Origin: a virus
Strand: one strand, 5' to 3'
DNA: 64,000 bases
IMG/VR virus record: IMGVR_UViG_3300037311_000293
Below are positions 8,974 to 18,437 of this stretch, piece after piece. The position numbers and the translations under genes are program-made. The notes below the pieces were generated by a model. It had not been told where the DNA came from and did no database searches. It saw nothing but the letters and a program-made list of their open reading frames with translations. Numbering within the stretch: the stretch's first letter is position 1; every line of letters starts with the position of its first letter.

Positions 8974-10994
8974 GTCCCCGAGAGATCGCGAAGCGAGAGC
9001 GCCTTGAGCCCCTGGATGACGTCGTCGAGTCCTCGAGCCGCGCGCGCCGCCGCGGCTTCCGGTACCTCACTGAGGCCCACACGAGAACCGAGAACGAGCT
9101 CGCACAGCATGGAAAGGCACTTCTCGAAGTACGGGATCCGGCTGATGTAGAGATGAACGTTCTCGGAGTTGATCAGCCCGAGGCTGAGGACTGCGTCCAC
9201 CGTCATCGACGACGGCATCGCCGCGGCTTCCTTCACGAGCTCTCGACGCAGACTCATGACCGCGGCGCTGTTCTCTGCTGCGATCTTCCGGGTACCGCTC
9301 GCGATGTCCCGGGCGAGCTTGACGTCGTTGAACCCCGTCACCGCTACGGGGTTGTCCATGGAAGCCGCGGCGATCTTGTTGGCGTGTGCTGCGTCGGCTC
9401 CGGCGAGGCAGAGGACGAACACCGCATCGTCGTAGCTCAGCGACTTCGACGTCACCGAGGCCAGCTTCGGAAGCCCGCGGAGCTCGAGCTGGAACGTTTC
9501 GCCATCCCATCCACCCAGGCGAATCGAGGCCCGACTCACCTCGGCCGCCGTCTTCGTAGCGGCTTCCGGTTCCTCGACCAAAGCAACGAGACTTTCGTTC
9601 TCGAGCGGCAAGAACTTCGCCGATGCCGGGAGAAGGAACTCACCCTTCAGCACCTGCATGACCTTGAGGCCCGGAACCATGCGGACGCGGGTGTGCTCTC
9701 CGGTCAGCGAACGGCACAACCAGGAATCACCACCACCGAGCTCGGCCTCACCTCCCTGCACCAGAAGCGGCACAGTGGCTTCCACGCCGCCCTGGCCTGC
9801 CATGTAGAAGCACCCGGTGCCCTTGGGAGGCGCCGAAGGCAGGTCGACACCCTCGGCGACCCGGGCACCCGCAATCTGGCCCTGTACGACCGCTGCGGCG
9901 CCGTTGGTGAACACCGCCATGGGTACGCGGGAGCCATCGAGATCGACGAGGTTGGGAAGTACCCAGCCCGTCATCTCCTTGCCATGAACGGTCTTGACCT
10001 TGTAGATGCCTGGGGTATCGACGCGTACCCACTTCGAGCTGTCGGTGTCGATCTTCATCGCACCACCGGCAACGGTCACGGTACCTTCGGTGTCGACACG
10101 ACGCGTCACGTCGTCACCAGCGAACTTGAGGAAGCGAGCTCGCGACATCAGAACAGGAGCCGTGTCGTGCAGCGCTGAGCGCGACGCCGCCTTGACCCAG
10201 TAGGATCCATCGGCGTAGCCGCACTGGACGACGTCTGCGGAGGCCGCAGACAGCGCGGTGTTGAAGACCTCATCGCTTCGGTGCGTCGCAGTCTTCTCGG
10301 CAGCGGAGAGCAGCAGCAACGCGTGAGTCATCACGGGATTGACGCCCTCGAGGATTGCCGGCTCCTTCTCCGCGATCTTGGCGAGGCCCGTGAGGTCGGG
10401 TCGCAGGAGCGTCGGAGCCACTGCCGAGAGCATGGGGTAGTCCGCAGCACTGAGCTTCATGCCGGGACCCTGGATCATCGTAACAGCGCCCTGGGTTCCA
10501 CCGCCCATGCCCTGCGAGATGCCGGCACCGAAGTCATTGTCACTCCGCCCCGGCGGATAGAACATGTTGTAGAGGTTCGTGTCGCCCCAGTCGTCGGTGA
10601 TCATCTCGAACGTCTCAGGGCGGAACAACGCCTCACGAAGACGCACGGCGTTAAGCGGGGCCATTTTGCCCGAGCGAGTCATCAGGATGTCGAGCGGGGA
10701 CAACTCGTGGTTCTTGATGACGATGGGGATCACGACACGGCGGGCGTTGGCTCCAGGACGAGCCACCGACAAGGCGCTATCGGTCGAGTTCTCGACGATG
10801 ATGACGCCGTAGCCGTACCCCTGTTCTTCGTCGACCTTCATCATCGCGACGCGGGGTGTGTAGTCCGATGCCTCCGGCAGCGTACGGAACAGCTCGACGA
10901 GAATCTGGCGCGGCCAGGCCTCGGGGTCCTCATCGAGGGTGACGGCTGCCGTCTTCTCGAACTTCAGGGAAGGCTTCTGGAGGAAAAGATCCAT
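8970..10994 (-). CDS. Putative head (core) protein with multiple K-x-A-[A/S] motifs
   Basis: ATG 10994 has an AAGGTG RBS. Contains KTAA x2, KAAS, KLAS, KIAA x2 and KEAA, plus variants KLSA and KTAT. Confidence 0.6.
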   Translation of the reverse strand: MDLFLQKPSLKFEKTAAVTLDEDPEAWPRQILVELFRTLPEASDYTPRVAMMKVDEEQGYGYGVIIVENSTDSALSVARPGANARRVVIPIVIKNHELSPLDILMTRSGKMAPLNAVRLREALFRPETFEMITDDWGDTNLYNMFYPPGRSDNDFGAGISQGMGGGTQGAVTMIQGPGMKLSAADYPMLSAVAPTLLRPDLTGLAKIAEKEPAILEGVNPVMTHALLLLSAAEKTATHRSDEVFNTALSAASADVVQCGYADGSYWVKAASRSALHDTAPVLMSRARFLKFAGDDVTRRVDTEGTVTVAGGAMKIDTDSSKWVRVDTPGIYKVKTVHGKEMTGWVLPNLVDLDGSRVPMAVFTNGAAAVVQGQIAGARVAEGVDLPSAPPKGTGCFYMAGQGGVEATVPLLVQGGEAELGGGDSWLCRSLTGEHTRVRMVPGLKVMQVLKGEFLLPASAKFLPLENESLVALVEEPEAATKTAAEVSRASIRLGGWDGETFQLELRGLPKLASVTSKSLSYDDAVFVLCLAGADAAHANKIAAASMDNPVAVTGFNDVKLARDIASGTRKIAAENSAAVMSLRRELVKEAAAMPSSMTVDAVLSLGLINSENVHLYISRIPYFEKCLSMLCELVLGSRVGLSEVPEAAAARAARGLDDVIQGLKALSLRDLSGT

Positions 10995-11005
10995 GTTGAT
11001 CACCT

Positions 11006-12148
11006 TTACTCGAGTAGAACTTTCTGAGACAGGATTCGCTGTAGAGCCTGGATCCACGCCGGTGAGGGAGAGGCTACCATAGCACCCCCGACTACGGTCA
11101 CTGGCCATACGGCTGACGACAGCAGTTGCACGAGCTCGCGTCCCTTGACGGCTGGGTTCGACGCCGACTCGCTGGCCAGCTTGACCTGAGAGCCGCCGAT
11201 TACGTGTACACGAGAGGCGATCTGTTTGATTCCACGATCAGATCGAAGCTCTACGTTACCTTTCACCCTTACGGTCTGATCCCCGTCGACATCGAGCACG
11301 TCGTTACCGGTGACGGTAACGGTACGATCAGCGCCGATGACCTCGGTCTTTGTACCATCGGTAGTGATGATCAGAGAATAGACTTCGTTCTCGACCTCGC
11401 CGGTATCGCGGTCAATGCCCTTGGGGGCGATGTGTACTTGCCAAGCCGTCTTGGTACCTCCGGGCGCGGCAAGTGGGAAATGACTGACGCGGACAGAAGC
11501 CTTCGCGTCTTGAGCGAACTCGTTGACGTGGAACACGTAGGACGCCGGAGCGTCGCCGCTGGGATCGTCCTCCTGACGCGCCACGGTCCAGGAGACATCT
11601 CCGCCGAAAGTCGAGAGCTCGTAGTTCTCTGCGAAGTCCTTGATGTAGTTCAAGACCGGAATGTAGATCCGTTGCGACAACGGAGTGCTTCCGATCTGAA
11701 GAACACCACCGCGCTTGAGGATGAGGAAGTTCTCGTCTCGAGTCGTGATGGCGATGTCGCCCGGGTTCAACTGCGGGCGCCGAGAACGAAAGCTCACGTC
11801 CGTAGCAGAGCCCTCCGCGGCAGCCGTAGAGCGTTCCGGACCTTCTTCTTCGTTCAGCGTCTGCAACGTCGACGCAGCGCCGAGATACCCCATGATGAAC
11901 GGCGGAGTGTTGTCGCTGGGGAAAGCGATCAAACAGATCGCACCGACCTCGGGGAGATGGTGAATGCCCTCGCCGCTGGAGAAGTGATGGTAAGGCGACA
12001 TCACTTGGATGTCTTCGACCGTCTTGCCGCTGTGTCTCGTATCCACGCGCACCGTGAAGGTCTTACGGTTCACGTCCGTGATCACGCCTTCTTCGCAGCG
12101 GAAGTAGGAGTAGCGGTTGTGCGACGGTGCGCCTTCTGTACGTGCCAT
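11006..12148 (-). CDS. Baseplate central spike (gp5/GpV/VgrG-like OB fold plus beta-helix)
   Basis: OB-fold pattern GVITDV..TFTVRV...HHLPEVGAICLIAFPSDNTPPFIMGYL and C-terminal gp5-type repeats IGADRTVTVTGNDVLDVDGDQTVRVKGNV. ATG overlaps the RNAP stop (TAATG). Confidence 0.7.
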   Translation of the reverse strand: MARTEGAPSHNRYSYFRCEEGVITDVNRKTFTVRVDTRHSGKTVEDIQVMSPYHHFSSGEGIHHLPEVGAICLIAFPSDNTPPFIMGYLGAASTLQTLNEEEGPERSTAAAEGSATDVSFRSRRPQLNPGDIAITTRDENFLILKRGGVLQIGSTPLSQRIYIPVLNYIKDFAENYELSTFGGDVSWTVARQEDDPSGDAPASYVFHVNEFAQDAKASVRVSHFPLAAPGGTKTAWQVHIAPKGIDRDTGEVENEVYSLIITTDGTKTEVIGADRTVTVTGNDVLDVDGDQTVRVKGNVELRSDRGIKQIASRVHVIGGSQVKLASESASNPAVKGRELVQLLSSAVWPVTVVGGAMVASPSPAWIQALQRILSQKVLLE

Positions 12149-15100
12149 TACGACCTCTTCAGCGGAGCGGCCGTACCCCAAGGTTTGGCGTCCGGCCCGG
12201 CGCCGACTGTAACACCTACAGCCAGAGCTGGGATCGGGTGCGGACCGGCCACCGAGGAACGCTGACCCGTCTGTGCGGCAGTCATCAAGTTCTGGCCCAG
12301 GCGCTCGCCCTGAAGGCGCGCCATCCAGTCGGTCTGACGACGCAGTGGGTTCTCCTTGGTCGGCACCAGCATCGATTCGTAGCGGATGGGCTTCTTCCCG
12401 TGGAGCACCGTACGGTTGACCTCGTCGATGACGGACTTCTGTACGGTGTCGCCGCGGATGTAGCTACCGTGGTCACCGGGATCTGTGATGCGAACGATAC
12501 CAGTGGCGCTGCGTACCGCGAGCTCGACGTGACGACGAAGCACGCCTTCGCGGCCGTAGATGGTTCCGACGCGATCGACCATGTGAGACTGGACTGCATC
12601 CAGACCCTTGGTCTTCAGAAGATCGTGGATGTTGGCCTCACCAGCCGTCAGCTTTTCGCCGCGCTCGACCATCACACCTGGGCGAATGTGAGGCATCGGC
12701 TTCTGCCGCGTCTTGATCGGCGTCGTCTTGCCCTCAAGCACGATGGCCCACCCGCCTTGCTGGAGCTCGCGGACTGAAACCACCTTTCCGGCCCGGGGCG
12801 CCAGAGCTGCGTCTTCGCGGCCGGGCTTTGCCGCGTCGAACAACCGCTGCACCTCTTCGAACTCAGATACCGACTGGCCTGCGGTGCTGACGATGCCGCC
12901 GCCATGCGTTTGCTTCAGCATGATCTGAGCAGCGCGTTCACCAAGGGCTTGCGCCGCGATGAGACCGACATTCTCACCAGAGCGATACTCCGCACCGTTG
13001 GGGTGGATACCCATGCACTTCGAGCACACGCCCTGCGGCATGCGGCACTTCAATGGACTTCGGACCACGAAACGATCGATGCGGCTTTCCTTCGCCTTGG
13101 CCAGCATGTCGGGAGTCACGACGGCACCAGCGGGGTAGGTGTGCCCGCCGAGCGTGACAGGTTGAGCCAAGTGACGATCGACCACGTCCTTGTCGGCTAC
13201 GGACAACGCCATCCCCTGCTGGGTGCCGCAATCGTCGCCAGAGATCGCCTGATCGATGTTGCTTTGCACCAGCAGCTTGGACATGTAGCCGGGCTTACGA
13301 ACCGAATCCGTCTTCTGAATCACACCACGGCGAGCACCGGCGGCCTGTAGGAAGTAGCCGCCGAGATCGACACCCTCAGCAAAGCTCTTGGTCACCGGCA
13401 CACGAGACGGCTTCCCCAGATGATCCTCTACCAGCATCGGAGCCATGATCAGGCCCTGGAACTGCTCACGCTTGGCCTTGATGCCAGAGCCCAAGGGAGC
13501 AGGGGCCATGTCGCTGACGTTCGTGGGCTTGGCCGCGAGCATCTTGTTGTAGACGTCGTGAATCCGACGCGTCGCCGCCAACCACTTGTCCGTCGCCTGA
13601 TCGCTATTCAACGAGGCAACGTCCTTCTTCGTCTCCGAAATGATCTTGTCGCGCTCTCGACGAAGCGGCTCGATGTCCTGAAGCGACACCGTATGCCCAG
13701 ACTCGTATGCCATCTGGAATCCCAGGCGGCTCATCCCATCGACTACCTCGACGAAGTGCTTGGGCTGCGTCTTGGCGACATCCTTGAGGATCTTCTCCTG
13801 GTACTTACGGTCCAGCGGCTTGCTGAGATTCGTGAGGATGTCGGAGCGGTACTTCTCCGGAACGATGAAGGCCATGCGAAGCCGCCCGAGCGTCGTGTTG
13901 CCGACGTTCTTGACGTGGATCTCATCGTTCAGATTGATCCTGTTCTCTCGGAACGCCTTCTCGGCTTCGTCCTTGCTGGCGAAGGTCCCACTGCGCTTCC
14001 CACGAGGAATCGACATCCGATACAGCGACAGCGCTGCTTCATTGGCCGGAGCGAAGATCACATCACCCGACGCTTCTGAGATGGTACGCGCGGACGGAAG
14101 AATCCGGTGTGCTTCGTCTACGGCCTCCCGAGTGAGAGGAACCATGAGGGCGACGGTGTCACCGTCGATGTCGCCGCCGATCGGAGGAAGAATCAGGGGG
14201 CTCACCTTGATGGCGGGATCGTCGGTCAGTCGGATGCGCTGAGCCACCAAGCCGTATTGATGAAGCACGGGGTCACGCTTCATCAGCACCGGGCGCGTCT
14301 CCACTTCCTTCTCGAGGGCCTTGATGGCCATCGGGTGCTTCTCGGAGATCATACGTTGCGCCATGTCCGGTCGAACGCGCGCAGCGAGTAGACGCTGAGC
14401 GACCATGGGGCGCATGAGCTCGAGGGCGATCTTCTTTGGTACACCCATCTCGTCAACACTGAGATTGGGGTCGACAACGATGGTGGCTCGAGCAGTGTAG
14501 TCCTGCTTCTTCGCGATCATCTTGTCTTGGAAGAAGCCATCCTTGGGCTTCTCACCAGAGATCATATGGATGATTCCGGGGAGCGTCTTGTCCGGATTCT
14601 CTTTGGTCCCACGCATGTCCAAGTCGAGAGCCTTCTTCCCCTTCGGCGTCGTACCAAGAAGGTTCTGGAGCTCCTGGTACAGGCCGGCACGCGTATCCAG
14701 CGTGTTGTTGTACGGGACCTTGCCCTCGCCCTTGGCCAGCGACTCATTCACCATCCCGAGACGCTTGTACAACGCGTTGAGCGGATTGTTCTTGATCGTA
14801 CCGTCGGGCAGCGTGGTCTGCGGACGGAAGACCGGAGGAAGTACCGGCACGGCCTGGATTGTCCAGGCCTCTGCGGGGGTCTTCTTGGCCTCCTTCAGTG
14901 TGAGGAGCGTCTTGTACTTGAAGTTCAGCTTGTTGAGCGTCGCGCCCTTGGTCTTGGGGTCGTTGATCTCCGCAAGAGTAGCCTTCAGCGCCTTGTCGAG
15001 ATCGACCTTGGCGAGTGCTGCCTTGATCCCCTTGCCGCCGTAGAGGCCACCCGGAAGGGTTTTCTTACCCTCGACGATCGCCGGAATGTCGGCCTCGGAG

Positions 15101-18100
15101 ATACCGAGGGTGTGTGCGATGGCGCGCGAGAACACCGGGTTGGGCATCGGCTCTACGAGCTCGATGTGCCCCCAATGGGTACCCGTGGGTCCGCCGGTGA
15201 CGTAGGGGTCGAAGATACCACCGGGTTCGGGCTTGTCGTCCTTGCCTCGGATCGAGCGCGTCGGGCGCTTGATGACGCCACGACTAAGACCTCGGGTCTC
15301 TGCGTCGCTTCGGGGCATCAGACGGATCTCAGCCCCGTTCTTCTGAACGTCCAGACCAAGTCCCGTCAGCATGGCCTCGAACTTCTTGAACACGAACGGG
15401 ATACGGGGCGCCGGGATGCGCTCACCGTTTGTCAGCGCACCCCAGACCTCTCGGGCCTGCGGCTGGTCGGACTTCAGAGTCTGCATCTCACGCAGATTGT
15501 CCTTGAGCCCGGCTGCGAGAGCGGCGTAGACGCCAAGAGAGCCGATGCTCTGCGCACCGGTGTGGTCTCCGCCCTTGGGGACTTTGGTGTCGGTGTCGTA
15601 ATGAATCTTTGGAGCGCCGTACTGCGTAACGATGGAGTCGTAGCCGCCACCACGGACATGCGTCTTCTTGTCGATCTGATGCTCGAGCTGGAAGGCGTAG
15701 TGCGGACCGGTCATCACCTCACCGAGCTTCCGACCGGTCTTCGGGTCGTACAGCGTCTCGGTGTCCTTGATGCCGTGCTTCTTGAGCTCGTCTTGGACCT
15801 TCTTGAGGTAGTCGACTCCACCCTGGAAGTTCTTCACCAGGTACGTCTTACCCGTCTTGTCCGCGATCTTGCCTGCCGCGGTCTCGAGAAGCTGACCCGG
15901 ATTCATACGACCCGGGACGGATACGGGGTTGATGAGCATCTCGACGGGCTTGCCCTTGCCGTCTACGGGCATCTCCTTGTCGTCCAAGATCGAGGTCACA
16001 ATACCCTTCGCGCTGTGCCGCGTAGAGATCTTCGACCCGATCTGAGCAGGCTCTACCGTGCGGACATGTACGACGACGTTCTTGCCCACACGTTCCGCAC
16101 GGATGACCTCACCCTCGTACTCGCTGTCCCAAATCATCGTGGCGTTGTTGAATCGGTTGCGGAGGCGCTTTCCGATCTTGTACTTCGCCGTGATGTCGGA
16201 CGATCCTGGAGTCTGTGATTCGTTGAGCGCAAGAACGAGAGGATCGCCAGGACGAACGCGCGTACCAGGACGCACGATACCGTCGTCTCCGATGTGCTTG
16301 AGCTTGTCGTTTCCGTAGACCGCTGGCTTAGCGATCAGAAACTCCTTCTTTCCGATACGGTGTGTGTCCGTCACAAGCATCGAAGGCTTGTACAGATGTT
16401 CGGATGCCAGACGCTGAGCCGCGCTGGCCGAGATCACAATACCGTCTTCGTGGTTCGACCCATTGGCCAGGTAAGCCGTGCGCAGATTGGTCCCGAGGGC
16501 CAGTGTGCCGTCCTTGGTGAAGTTGTTGTCGGCGACGAGCTGCCCAGCGCGCACCTTCTGTCCGGGCTTCACCGTGGGGTGGGAGTGGAGCTCGCCCTTG
16601 TCGTGGTTCGTTGGATAGTGGTGGTAGAGCGGGACGCTGTGCGCCTTGCCATCTGCGTCTTGGATCGTGATGGCGTCCTCCGTGACGGACTTCACTACGC
16701 CGTCGACAGGGGCTTTGTGCGCCAGGAAGCCACCACCAATGAGTCCTTCGAACGTCTTCCCCGCCCCGGCCTCCACCTGAACCTTCGGGGGTTCCCGGCC
16801 CACGACACTGATGGCCTGGGCCATGTGACGCGCCGACATCGTAGAACGACCAGCGGAGTCGTTCTGCATGAAGGGAACCAAGTTCGTTTCGATGGCAAAA
16901 ACCTGAGACGCATTCGGCATCACGTAGTCCGCCTTGGTCCACGGGATGTCGTCTCGCATGTGCCCGCTGCCGTCGGACATACGCACTGCCTTACCAAGGG
17001 GCTGGGGCTTTCCTGCCTTCCACTTCACCTGATCGGGGAGGATCACATTGCTCACCGCAGCCGTCGCGGCGTCGACATCTTCGAACTTCCCGGTCTTCAG
17101 ATTGTAGAGACGGACGTGCGGTTTGCGATCGCGAATCTCAACACCGAACGCAAGATGAGTGTTGACGCCGGCATTGGACTCCGGAGTGAACACGGGATCC
17201 AAGAAGCCGAGATGACTGGGATCGAGGGCGGTGTTCGACTTCGACAACGCATGCTGGTTCTGGATACCGCCAGGACCAGCGATGGTGACCATGCTGTGAT
17301 CCGCCAGCATTGCCAGCGGATTGGTTTGCTTGCCGTTCGAAGCCAACGATGTCGTGAAGGCGTGAAACAACGGCTTCTGCAAGAGGTCGGGCATGACGAC
17401 GTCACGAAGCACCGATGCATCGCCGGACATCAGACGCTGCTGCACCTTTGGGCGCCCGAGTACCTGTTGAATGCGGCGTTGAATCTCCGGGGAAGCCTTC
17501 TCCAAGCGATCTGCAAAGTGATCCTTGGCCGTCCACAGCTCCTTGTATCGAAGACTGTCGATGGGGTCGGGCTCCGCACGCTTCGCCGCGACGTCGAGCA
17601 GCTTCGTAGCGGCACGGAACAGAACATCACCGTTCACTTGCTCGGACTTCACCCCGACGTTGGCGTGCGCCACTGCGGGGTCCATCTTGGTCCCTTCGAA
17701 GATGGCACGGGTCTCGAGCAGCAGATTCGTCTTTGGCCCCGGAGGCTCCTTGCGCCAGGTCTCGTAGAGCGATCGAAGATCTTTGTCCAAGTTGGACTTC
17801 GCCTTGGACGCCTTGAAGGCATCCTCGCCCCACGACGCCTTCATCTTCTCGTCAGGCACACCCAGAGCGTGGAGCACGGAGTACAGAGGGATCTTTCGGT
17901 TACCCACCTTCATGTGGAGGTAACCGCTCATGTCCATCTGCATGTCGAAGCTGCGCCCCTTGGCGAGCTGAAACTGGGCCTCGAACTCTCCGGCACGCTC
18001 GGTGGCCTTGACGTAAACACCCGGGCGAAGACGCCACTGGTTCGAGATGAACTTCTCTTGACCGCCAACGATGTAGCTGTACTGCCGGGTCAACTTGGGG

Positions 18101-18381
18101 ATCTTGGCTAGCTGGGCCTTACGGCTAGTCAGCACCTTTCCCGAGCCGGTGTCTACGACCTCGACGACGCCGGTCAGGGAAGCAGCCCACGACCGCCCTT
18201 CCAGCTTCGCTTTGAACTGGTCGTGGATGTCGTCGACACCCAAACGATCGTCGACCTGTAGGTCGCGTACGCGCACCTCGAGGCGTCCAGTGCGGTCCTT
18301 CACGGGGAAGGTCGACTCGATCTGCCCGATGAGCTGCTGCTTGAGCTCGTCGAACTGGCGATGGGGGTCCGATGTCAGCAC
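12148..18381 (-). CDS. rpoBC: Phage multisubunit-type RNA polymerase, beta and beta' fused in one 2077-aa polypeptide
   Basis: Beta motifs: QTNPL..AGPGG, HLGFLDPVFTPE, GSNHEDGIVIS, GSKISTRHSAKG, NPVSVPGRMNPGQLLE, LTGLGLDV. Beta' motifs then follow in frame: GIFDP..WGHIEL, VPVLPPVFRP, KQDYTARATIV, KRDPVLH, GGDIDGD, bridge helix GARRGVIQKTDSVRKPGY, trigger loop GENVGLIAAQALGERAAQIMLKQTHGGG. Confidence 0.95.
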   Translation of the reverse strand: MLTSDPHRQFDELKQQLIGQIESTFPVKDRTGRLEVRVRDLQVDDRLGVDDIHDQFKAKLEGRSWAASLTGVVEVVDTGSGKVLTSRKAQLAKIPKLTRQYSYIVGGQEKFISNQWRLRPGVYVKATERAGEFEAQFQLAKGRSFDMQMDMSGYLHMKVGNRKIPLYSVLHALGVPDEKMKASWGEDAFKASKAKSNLDKDLRSLYETWRKEPPGPKTNLLLETRAIFEGTKMDPAVAHANVGVKSEQVNGDVLFRAATKLLDVAAKRAEPDPIDSLRYKELWTAKDHFADRLEKASPEIQRRIQQVLGRPKVQQRLMSGDASVLRDVVMPDLLQKPLFHAFTTSLASNGKQTNPLAMLADHSMVTIAGPGGIQNQHALSKSNTALDPSHLGFLDPVFTPESNAGVNTHLAFGVEIRDRKPHVRLYNLKTGKFEDVDAATAAVSNVILPDQVKWKAGKPQPLGKAVRMSDGSGHMRDDIPWTKADYVMPNASQVFAIETNLVPFMQNDSAGRSTMSARHMAQAISVVGREPPKVQVEAGAGKTFEGLIGGGFLAHKAPVDGVVKSVTEDAITIQDADGKAHSVPLYHHYPTNHDKGELHSHPTVKPGQKVRAGQLVADNNFTKDGTLALGTNLRTAYLANGSNHEDGIVISASAAQRLASEHLYKPSMLVTDTHRIGKKEFLIAKPAVYGNDKLKHIGDDGIVRPGTRVRPGDPLVLALNESQTPGSSDITAKYKIGKRLRNRFNNATMIWDSEYEGEVIRAERVGKNVVVHVRTVEPAQIGSKISTRHSAKGIVTSILDDKEMPVDGKGKPVEMLINPVSVPGRMNPGQLLETAAGKIADKTGKTYLVKNFQGGVDYLKKVQDELKKHGIKDTETLYDPKTGRKLGEVMTGPHYAFQLEHQIDKKTHVRGGGYDSIVTQYGAPKIHYDTDTKVPKGGDHTGAQSIGSLGVYAALAAGLKDNLREMQTLKSDQPQAREVWGALTNGERIPAPRIPFVFKKFEAMLTGLGLDVQKNGAEIRLMPRSDAETRGLSRGVIKRPTRSIRGKDDKPEPGGIFDPYVTGGPTGTHWGHIELVEPMPNPVFSRAIAHTLGISEADIPAIVEGKKTLPGGLYGGKGIKAALAKVDLDKALKATLAEINDPKTKGATLNKLNFKYKTLLTLKEAKKTPAEAWTIQAVPVLPPVFRPQTTLPDGTIKNNPLNALYKRLGMVNESLAKGEGKVPYNNTLDTRAGLYQELQNLLGTTPKGKKALDLDMRGTKENPDKTLPGIIHMISGEKPKDGFFQDKMIAKKQDYTARATIVVDPNLSVDEMGVPKKIALELMRPMVAQRLLAARVRPDMAQRMISEKHPMAIKALEKEVETRPVLMKRDPVLHQYGLVAQRIRLTDDPAIKVSPLILPPIGGDIDGDTVALMVPLTREAVDEAHRILPSARTISEASGDVIFAPANEAALSLYRMSIPRGKRSGTFASKDEAEKAFRENRINLNDEIHVKNVGNTTLGRLRMAFIVPEKYRSDILTNLSKPLDRKYQEKILKDVAKTQPKHFVEVVDGMSRLGFQMAYESGHTVSLQDIEPLRRERDKIISETKKDVASLNSDQATDKWLAATRRIHDVYNKMLAAKPTNVSDMAPAPLGSGIKAKREQFQGLIMAPMLVEDHLGKPSRVPVTKSFAEGVDLGGYFLQAAGARRGVIQKTDSVRKPGYMSKLLVQSNIDQAISGDDCGTQQGMALSVADKDVVDRHLAQPVTLGGHTYPAGAVVTPDMLAKAKESRIDRFVVRSPLKCRMPQGVCSKCMGIHPNGAEYRSGENVGLIAAQALGERAAQIMLKQTHGGGIVSTAGQSVSEFEEVQRLFDAAKPGREDAALAPRAGKVVSVRELQQGGWAIVLEGKTTPIKTRQKPMPHIRPGVMVERGEKLTAGEANIHDLLKTKGLDAVQSHMVDRVGTIYGREGVLRRHVELAVRSATGIVRITDPGDHGSYIRGDTVQKSVIDEVNRTVLHGKKPIRYESMLVPTKENPLRRQTDWMARLQGERLGQNLMTAAQTGQRSSVAGPHPIPALAVGVTVGAGPDAKPWGTAAPLKRS

Positions 18382-18387
18382 AGCGGC

Positions 18388-18417
18388 AGTCTACTTCCCC
18401 CTCAAGAAAAGGGTCAA
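18388..18417 (-). promoter_or_regulatory. Sigma70/sigmaA-type promoter giving leaderless RNAP mRNA
   Basis: On minus: TTGACC (18417-18412), N18, TAGACT (18393-18388), N6, GTG 18381. Confidence 0.7.
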
Positions 18418-18423
18418 CGCGCG

Positions 18424-18437
18424 CCTATCAGTAAGTG
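18424..18437 (+). promoter_or_regulatory. CCTATCAGTAAGTG motif (candidate phage-specific promoter or operator)
   Basis: Exact 14-bp match to 28659-28672, immediately followed by ATG 18438. Confidence 0.65.

Noticed and set aside
12127-18111. Long plus-strand ORFs opposite the RNAP (e.g. 14527-16218, 16294-18111) and similar long antisense ORFs opposite gyrB, portal, recA and the fibre gene
   Set aside because: Shadow ORFs of high-GC3 coding strands: no motifs, no RBS, and fully overlapped by well-supported genes.
12148-18381. Cellular rpoB/rpoC locus (window is bacterial chromosome)
   Set aside because: Highly diverged motifs, no ribosomal-protein neighbours, and flanked by spike, terminase and portal genes.
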